From a bacterium (GTDB lineage: Bacteria > Bacteroidota > Bacteroidia > Bacteroidales > UBA1402), in contig CAVEPA010000002.1 of assembly GCA_963617485.1 (NCBI GenBank), positions 21,620 through 85,619 on the forward strand: a stretch of 64,000 nt of DNA. Reading direction: 5' to 3'. Within the stretch, counting starts at the first letter, position 1; each line of letters starts with the position of its first letter. Below the pieces are notes generated by a model. That model was not told the origin of the DNA and ran no database searches. It was given only the letters and a program-made list of their open reading frames with translations. A program made the translations under genes and the position numbers. Positions 58,183 to 64,000 of this stretch are shown here, piece by piece.

Positions 58183-58955
58183 ATGGCAGTGCCTCCTTTC
58201 TTCATCTCGCCGGAGCCATCACCCGTAAACAGAGTAGTTAGCCCGATAATAGCCAGCATAATCAGTGCCAGCGCCGAACCGTAATTCCAGAATGAACTGT
58301 TGATATTCTCTTGAATGATGGTACCGAAAAGCTTGATTTTGTTGTTGGTAAGGAATTCCGAAATAGCAAAGGTGGAGATGGTGGGCATAAACACCATGGT
58401 GATACCGCTCTTGATTCCCGGCACCGACAGCGGCAGTGTCACCTTGCAGAAAGTCTGGAAGGGCGAAGCGCCCAGATCTTGCGCGGCCTCGTAGTAAGAA
58501 TTGTCGATTTTGCGCAAAGTATTATAGATGGGATAAATCATGAAGGGCAGGAAGTTATACACCATACCGAAAATCAGCGTTCCCTCGCCCAGACCGATAT
58601 TCAGGATGTCGAAAAGCTCCACGGTGGCCAGCGTGCGGATAAGCGCGTTGATGGACATGGGCAAGACGAAAAGCACGATGGTGATGGCCGAAGCGTTCAA
58701 ATGCTGGTTGCTCAAGATATAGGCGGCCGGATAGCCCAGCAGCATACAGAGGGCCGTATTGTAAGCGGCAATCTCTATCGAATAAAGGAAGGTGTTGATA
58801 ACCTCCGGCTCGTTGAAGAACTTCACGAAGTTCTGCAGGCTGAAGCCTCCGCCCACGCCTTGGAAGGCATAGACGAAAATCAGTATCAAGGGCAGCGCCA
58901 CAAAAACCACCAGAAAGACGGCATACGGCAGCGCCCAGTTGGCTCGTTTGTTCAT
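58179..58955 (-). CDS. potB: Spermidine/putrescine ABC transporter permease (PotB-like)
   Basis: Permease loop EAAQDLGASPFQTFCKVTLP; position between potA and potC. Confidence 0.8.
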   Translation of the reverse strand: MNKRANWALPYAVFLVVFVALPLILIFVYAFQGVGGGFSLQNFVKFFNEPEVINTFLYSIEIAAYNTALCMLLGYPAAYILSNQHLNASAITIVLFVLPMSINALIRTLATVELFDILNIGLGEGTLIFGMVYNFLPFMIYPIYNTLRKIDNSYYEAAQDLGASPFQTFCKVTLPLSVPGIKSGITMVFMPTISTFAISEFLTNNKIKLFGTIIQENINSSFWNYGSALALIMLAIIGLTTLFTGDGSGEMKKGGTAI

Positions 58956-58958
58956 CGT

Positions 58959-60350
58959 TTAGGCCTCCTTTTTGCTTAGACGAATATCTTGGGCGTGGAT
59001 ATTGATGCCCACCGTATCGAGTTTGTCCCACACATCATTGGTATCGACATAGATTTTGTCGCCGCCTTCGGTGGTGATAGTCAGATGATAATGGTTGCCC
59101 TTGTAGAGGATAAGACTAACAAAGCCGCGCAGGTCGGAATCTTCCTTGTGGTCGAGCAGGTCTACCTTCTCGAAGGCCACGTCCACCGTCACCTTGTCGC
59201 CCACTTCGAAACCGGCAGTGTCACAGTCGAACACGGTGTCGAGGAAGGTCACTTCGCCCTGGGACGTCACTTCGCCGTCGAAGACGTTGCTCAGGCAGTC
59301 TTTGCGCATCACATGGATGTCGGCCGGCTTAATAATCATGCCCACTCTGGTGCCTTGCGGAAAGGCATTATAGTCTTGTATCATCAGTTCGTAGCCGTTG
59401 TCGGTATCCACGAAAATCTCGTTGTGTACGCCTTTGAAAGTGCAGCTCTTCACTGTGCCGGTAAACTGGGCACCATCGAGTTTGGTCATGATGTAGATGT
59501 CTTCGGGACGCAGCACCACATCCACCGCCTCGTTGGGGGCAAAGCCCTCGTCCACGCAAGCGAATTCGTGGTCGATGAACGAAACTTTGCGGTCTTCTAT
59601 CATGGTGCCGGTAAGGATGTTGCTCTCGCCGATAAAGTCGGCCACAAAACAGTTCTGCGGCTCGTTGTAAATATCTTCCGGTGTACCGATTTGCTGTATC
59701 TTGCCTTCGTTTATCACCACGATGGTATCGCTCAGCGTCAGGGCTTCTTCCTGATCATGCGTAACGTAGACAAAGGTGATGCCCAGTTTTTGGTGCATTT
59801 CCTTCAATTCTATCTGCATATCCTTGCGCATCTTCAAATCGAGGGCCGACAAGGGTTCATCGAGCAGCAGCACCTGAGGCTGGTTCACCAAAGCGCGGGC
59901 AATGGCAATGCGTTGCTGCTGGCCGCCCGAAAGGGAGTTTACATCGCGATCTTCGTAATCGGACATACCCACCATCTTCAGTACCTTGGTCACTTTTTGG
60001 GCTATCACTTCGTTGTCTTCCTTTTTCAGCTTCAGACCGAAGGCCACATTGTCGTACACGTCCAGGTGCGGAAAAAGGGCATAGCGCTGAAATACCGTAT
60101 TCAAGGCGCGCTTGTTGGGAGGCAGGCTCAGAAGGTCTTTGCCGTTCATTTCCACCTTGCCTTGAGTAGGCAGCGCAAAACCGCCGATAATGCGCAGCAA
60201 CGTGGTTTTGCCACAACCCGAAGGACCCAGTAGGGTCACGAACTCGCCTTTCTTTATCTGCAGGTTGATATCGTCGAGCACCTTTTTGTTGTCTTCGAAG
60301 ACCTTGCTTACATGCTCAATGTTGATGATGACATCACTGTTTTTGGTCAT
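58959..60350 (-). CDS. potA: Spermidine/putrescine ABC transporter ATP-binding protein (PotA-like, long C-terminal regulatory region)
   Basis: Walker [12 protein letters not shown], signature [15 protein letters not shown], Walker [12 protein letters not shown]. At 463 aa it is longer than the ~380-aa enterobacterial PotA. Confidence 0.85.
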   Translation of the reverse strand: MTKNSDVIINIEHVSKVFEDNKKVLDDINLQIKKGEFVTLLGPSGCGKTTLLRIIGGFALPTQGKVEMNGKDLLSLPPNKRALNTVFQRYALFPHLDVYDNVAFGLKLKKEDNEVIAQKVTKVLKMVGMSDYEDRDVNSLSGGQQQRIAIARALVNQPQVLLLDEPLSALDLKMRKDMQIELKEMHQKLGITFVYVTHDQEEALTLSDTIVVINEGKIQQIGTPEDIYNEPQNCFVADFIGESNILTGTMIEDRKVSFIDHEFACVDEGFAPNEAVDVVLRPEDIYIMTKLDGAQFTGTVKSCTFKGVHNEIFVDTDNGYELMIQDYNAFPQGTRVGMIIKPADIHVMRKDCLSNVFDGEVTSQGEVTFLDTVFDCDTAGFEVGDKVTVDVAFEKVDLLDHKEDSDLRGFVSLILYKGNHYHLTITTEGGDKIYVDTNDVWDKLDTVGINIHAQDIRLSKKEA

Positions 60351-60361
60351 AGTGCTAGCGA

Positions 60362-61429
60362 TTAAAAGAGGTCGAACAAATCGAGGAAATAAGTGGCACC
60401 CACGTTAAGCGAGATGCCTTGGGCATAGTTATTGGCGGCCAGAGCGCCGTGAATGCGAAGTTGCTCCAGAGGATAATAGTTGGCAAGGACTCCGCCAAAG
60501 AAGTAATCATGCTCCATCTGAGCCAAGGATGTCGGTACAAACCAGGGTTCTTCTTCGTAACCGAACACGTCCTCGCCGCTGCGGTTGCTTTCCCAGCCGC
60601 CCTTGAGGGTGACATCCATCTTGTCGCTGAAGCTGTATTTTACCGCAGCCATCAAAGTGGTTTCTTCGCTCAGAATCTTCTTAGCCTCGTAGCTGCGCGA
60701 TATCCAATCGAGCGTCAGCTCTACCCGGCCGAAGGTAAAGCGGTTGCCGCTGGCGAACACATACATGTTGTCGGCCAGCGCCTGGGAAAGCGGGTCCTTG
60801 TATTCCAACAGGTTAAGCGACCAAATGGGGCTATACAGTCCGTACTCGCCCATCCAGTAGAGCGAATAGGTAAACAGGCCGCTGTTGTTGTACTCGCCAA
60901 AGGGCGACACTGTCCATTGCAGTGCCAGCGAGGTGCTTTCGTCGGGAGTGTCGTAGCCCACTGCCAAACCCCAATTATAAGTGTACAGGTTGTTCCACAC
61001 CGTCGAGCTGAGGTTGTAAGTCATGTCGTAGTCGTAGTTGTCCTGGTCGAAGGAACCCAAGAGCAGACATTGCTTGCCGGCCGTCAGGCTGAAGCCCTCC
61101 AAAGAAAAAGTAAGGCTAGCCACGTCTACCCAGTTGGCATCGTCGCTGCGGCCTGTGTTTTGATACAGGGTGGCTGGCTCGGTGGACAACCAATGGTTCA
61201 ATACCGAATAGGAAAAATGTTCTCCGAAATTTCCTTCGAACAAGGTATACAACGAAGTATTGCCAAAGTCTATTCCCAAATCGCTTCCTATATAGGGATT
61301 CGCCTCCACACGAGGCACCACCAGAAAGGAGTGTTCGTTCTCAGCGGGAAACAGGCTGCCGGCAAAGCAGCTCAAGAAAATCAACAAAGCAACAAATTTT
61401 TTCACTAGGCACTGTTCTTTAAAAGTCAA
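60362..61429 (-). CDS. Predicted outer-membrane beta-barrel (porin-like) protein
   Basis: Signal peptide ([20 protein letters not shown]), alternating aromatic/hydrophobic strands, C-terminal ...LDLFDLF. The track start at 61429 is a TTG; GTG 61405 (VKKFVALL) is an alternative. It lies 11 nt upstream of potA. Confidence 0.5.
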   Translation of the reverse strand: MTFKEQCLVKKFVALLIFLSCFAGSLFPAENEHSFLVVPRVEANPYIGSDLGIDFGNTSLYTLFEGNFGEHFSYSVLNHWLSTEPATLYQNTGRSDDANWVDVASLTFSLEGFSLTAGKQCLLLGSFDQDNYDYDMTYNLSSTVWNNLYTYNWGLAVGYDTPDESTSLALQWTVSPFGEYNNSGLFTYSLYWMGEYGLYSPIWSLNLLEYKDPLSQALADNMYVFASGNRFTFGRVELTLDWISRSYEAKKILSEETTLMAAVKYSFSDKMDVTLKGGWESNRSGEDVFGYEEEPWFVPTSLAQMEHDYFFGGVLANYYPLEQLRIHGALAANNYAQGISLNVGATYFLDLFDLF

Positions 61430-61450
61430 TCAATCGGTTTCTTACAGGGT

Positions 61451-61488
61451 ATAAAAAATGGAACCCTCCCTATTGCTAGGGCGATTCC
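61451..61488 (-). terminator. Candidate rho-independent terminator downstream of metY
   Basis: On the minus strand, ggaatcgccctagcaatagggagggttcc (interrupted stem) is followed by ATTTTTTAT. Confidence 0.45.
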
Positions 61489-61612
61489 ATAATTTTGGCA
61501 TATTACTGTTCCACACAGACCAGCCTCCGTAATCGTTGATACGGATGTCCAGAACGATACCCAGTGGGTCAGGAGGCACGATGAATCTCTTGAGTGTGGT
61601 CATGGCAGCTGC

Positions 61613-62893
61613 TTAGATTTTGTCCAGCGACTGGGCGATATCTGCAATAATGTCTTCAACGTTCTCGATACCCACCGACAGACGGATGAGGTCGGGATTG
61701 ATACCGGCTTCGCGCAGCTGTTCCTCGCTCATCTGACGGTGCGTGTGACTGGCCGGATGAAGCAGGCACGAGCGGGCATCGGCCACGTGCGTTACCACGG
61801 CTATCATCTTCAGACCGTCCATAAACTTGATGGTGTCTTCGCGGGAAGCCTTCAGACCGAAACAGAGTACACCGCAAGACTGGCCGTTCTTGAACTGTTT
61901 CTGGGCCAGCGGATAATATGGGTCGTCTTTCAGGCCGCTGTACTTGACCCAAGCCACTTTTTCGTTGGCTTGCAAATATTCTGCCACCTTCTGTGCATTT
62001 TCGCAATGACGGGGTACACGCAGGTGCAAAGTTTCCAGACCCAAGTTCAGCAGGAAAGCGTTTTGGGGCGATGGTATAGAACCGAAGTCGCGCATAAGCT
62101 GTGCGGTAGCCTTGCGCATATAGGCCTCCTTGCCAAAAGCCTTGGTATAGGTAAGCCCGTGATAAGAAGCATCGGGCTGGGTCAGACCGGGGAATTTGTC
62201 GCCCTGAGCCTCCCAATCGAAATTGCCGCTGTCCACGATGGCTCCGCCCACTTGCGTAGCATGACCGTCCATGTATTTGGTGGTGGAATGCGTCACAATG
62301 TCGGCTCCCCATTCAAAGGGACGGCAGTTGATGGGCGTTGCAAAGGTATTGTCAACGATAAGAGGCACGCCGTTCTTGTGCGCGATGCGGGCGAACTTCT
62401 CTATATCCAGTACACAGCAGGTCGGGTTGGTGATGGTTTCGGCAAACAGACATTTGGTGTTGGGGCGGAATGCCTTCTGAATGTTCTCTTCACTGTCGTT
62501 TTGGTCGATGAGCGTCACCTCGATGCCAAGTTTCTTCAAGGTGCAGGTGAACAGATTGTAGGTGCCGCCGTAAATCTCGTTGGAGCATACAAAATGGTCG
62601 CCAGCTTGGCAGATGTTGAAAATGGCGTAGAAATTGGCAGCCTGACCCGAAGAAGTAAGCATGGCCATCACACCGCCTTCCAATTCGCAAATTTTGGCTG
62701 CGACAGCATCGTTGGTGGGGTTTTGCAGACGGGTGTAGAAATAGCCTTCGGCCTTCAGGTCGAAAAGGTCTGACATCTGCTGTGTAGAATCGTACTTGAA
62801 AGTGGTACTTTGGTAAATGGGCAGGACGCGTGGTTCGCCGTTAGAGGGCTTCCATCCTGCTTGTACACAGATAGTTTCTACGTTTTTTTTCAT
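61613..62893 (-). CDS. metY: O-acetylhomoserine aminocarboxypropyltransferase / sulfhydrylase (PLP-dependent)
   Basis: Cys/Met-metabolism PLP family with PLP-Lys region HSTTKYMDGH; 426 aa, the usual MetY size. Confidence 0.85.
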   Translation of the reverse strand: MKKNVETICVQAGWKPSNGEPRVLPIYQSTTFKYDSTQQMSDLFDLKAEGYFYTRLQNPTNDAVAAKICELEGGVMAMLTSSGQAANFYAIFNICQAGDHFVCSNEIYGGTYNLFTCTLKKLGIEVTLIDQNDSEENIQKAFRPNTKCLFAETITNPTCCVLDIEKFARIAHKNGVPLIVDNTFATPINCRPFEWGADIVTHSTTKYMDGHATQVGGAIVDSGNFDWEAQGDKFPGLTQPDASYHGLTYTKAFGKEAYMRKATAQLMRDFGSIPSPQNAFLLNLGLETLHLRVPRHCENAQKVAEYLQANEKVAWVKYSGLKDDPYYPLAQKQFKNGQSCGVLCFGLKASREDTIKFMDGLKMIAVVTHVADARSCLLHPASHTHRQMSEEQLREAGINPDLIRLSVGIENVEDIIADIAQSLDKI

Positions 62894-62964
62894 TGTTTTC
62901 TTGGCAAAATAGGGCGCAAAGATAATGCCGTGTTATAGAAAATCAAAATTAGCGGCGGCGTTTT

Positions 62965-64000
62965 TTATTTCACTTTTATGCGGAGGTTGGCCACGGGTTT
63001 CCGCGAAGAATTGCCCACACGCAAAATATAGTCACCGGATTCAAGCTTCCAGGCGCTTTGAGCCTCGTCCCAGAAAGCGAAAGCATCTACCGGAATATGC
63101 AGTGTTAGCGTCTGTTTTTCGCCGGCTTTGAGGAAGACTTTCTGAAAAGCCTTCAGTTCCTGGTAAGGACGGGACACCGAACACTTGGGGTCGGAAACGT
63201 ACACTTGCAGCACTTCGGCTCCGTCGCGAGAGCCGGTATTCGTCACATCGGCCGTCAAGACGATGGTATCGCCTGCCGCATAGGTCTTGGCATCGCAACG
63301 CGCATTGCCGATGGCAAAAGTGGTATAGGACAAACCGTAGCCGAAAGGATATGCGGCCGGAATTTTTTTGGTATCGTGCCAACGGTAGCCCACCAGTATG
63401 TCTTCCATATACACCTGCTTGACTCCGTTGCCCGGATAGGACAGCGTGCCGTAAGAGATGGCTCCGTTGTCTTCGAGCCGTTTGGGGAAGGAGAAGGGCA
63501 GTTTGCCGCTTGGGTTCACATCGCCCGACAAGACGGCAGCGATGGCCTTACCCGCTTCGCTACCGGGATACCAAGCTTGCAGAATGGCCTTCACTTTGGG
63601 AGCCCAGGAGGTTTCAACGGCATTACCGCTCATCAGTACCACCACCACGTTAGGGTTGACAGCGGCGATATCGCTGATTAAGACCGGCTGGTTGAAGGGC
63701 AGTTCGTAGCTATAGCGGTCGGCGGCCTCGCAATCTTGCTTGTGATTCTTGTTAAGACCGCCCACGAAAATCACCAAGTCGGCCCCGGCAGCGGCGCGAA
63801 CGGCCTGGGCATGCAGGCTGTCGAGGTTCTGCGTGGGTGTTCCTTCGTGCGAATACTGGGCCTTGCCCGAATCGTAGGCCTGCGCGAAAATGATTTCCGA
63901 CTGCGGGAAGCGCTCCTTGATGGCCTGCAAAGGCGTGCTGATATGCTTGGGCTTGAGTTCGCTGCTGCCGCCACCCTGCATCAGGTTGCGTACGGCATTC
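62965..64000 (-). CDS. Glycoside hydrolase family 3 (beta-glucosidase/xylosidase-like), C-terminal part only; the gene continues beyond the window
   Basis: The frame stays open upstream of the track Met to base 64000. GH3 C-terminal domain pattern LVIFVGG...VVVLMSGNAVE...AILQAWYPGSEAG...NPSGKLPFSFP, followed by an Fn3-like tail. Confidence 0.8.
   Translation of the reverse strand, partial: NAVRNLMQGGGSSELKPKHISTPLQAIKERFPQSEIIFAQAYDSGKAQYSHEGTPTQNLDSLHAQAVRAAAGADLVIFVGGLNKNHKQDCEAADRYSYELPFNQPVLISDIAAVNPNVVVVLMSGNAVETSWAPKVKAILQAWYPGSEAGKAIAAVLSGDVNPSGKLPFSFPKRLEDNGAISYGTLSYPGNGVKQVYMEDILVGYRWHDTKKIPAAYPFGYGLSYTTFAIGNARCDAKTYAAGDTIVLTADVTNTGSRDGAEVLQVYVSDPKCSVSRPYQELKAFQKVFLKAGEKQTLTLHIPVDAFAFWDEAQSAWKLESGDYILRVGNSSRKPVANLRIKVK

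Noticed and set aside
62894-62964. Possible SAM riboswitch in front of metY
   Set aside because: Only 71 nt separate metY from the upstream GH3 stop. I could not see a convincing conserved fold, and no pseudoknot or SAM-box-like sequence was recognisable by eye.
1-64000. Search for rRNA, tRNA, tmRNA, CRISPR arrays, IS elements, integrases, phage genes and reverse transcriptase (DGR)
   Set aside because: No spacer is longer than ~300 nt. None shows tRNA-like cloverleaf arms or regularly spaced short repeats, and no translation resembles a transposase, recombinase or RT. The adhesin mosaicism therefore cannot be attributed to a DGR or shufflon within this window.

Overview
This 64-kb chromosomal segment reads as a Bacteroidales (Bacteroidota) genome. 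It is roughly 50-55% GC by eye and rich in lipoproteins. It contains one T9SS C-terminal sorting domain. The Bacteroidetes -7 promoter box TAnnTTTG recurs upstream of start codons: 16-35 nt upstream for ten of the 13 genes checked, 50-115 nt for the other three. Most of the window is tightly packed housekeeping: queH, tcdA, asd, dut, an envelope cluster (TPR / DUF4292-like / M23), prfB with its programmed +1 frameshift, sufB-sufC-sufD-sufS-sufE, rimP-nusA-infB-cvpA, gpmI, potABCD and metY. Two accessory stretches stand out. The first is a small hipBA-like toxin-antitoxin pair plus a DUF4143-type AAA ATPase (36.9-39.9 kb). The second is a ~10-kb type V (Mfa/FimA-like) pilus locus (40.0-50.2 kb) with three paralogous pilin-fold lipoproteins. 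Two of these are extended by ~600 and ~940 aa of beta-helix/GLUG-like adhesin sequence. Those two share a 1,568-bp apparently identical internal block in direct orientation, flanked by diverged sequence, which looks like gene conversion or cassette exchange. Non-coding oddities are a 103-bp tandem repeat filling the asd/FKBP convergent spacer, 21-nt iterons in the hipB/ATPase divergent promoter region, and a 54-nt hairpin between two pilin genes. I recognised no rRNA, tRNA, CRISPR, transposase or integrase. All family calls come from reading the translations and from memory of family signatures; no searches were run.
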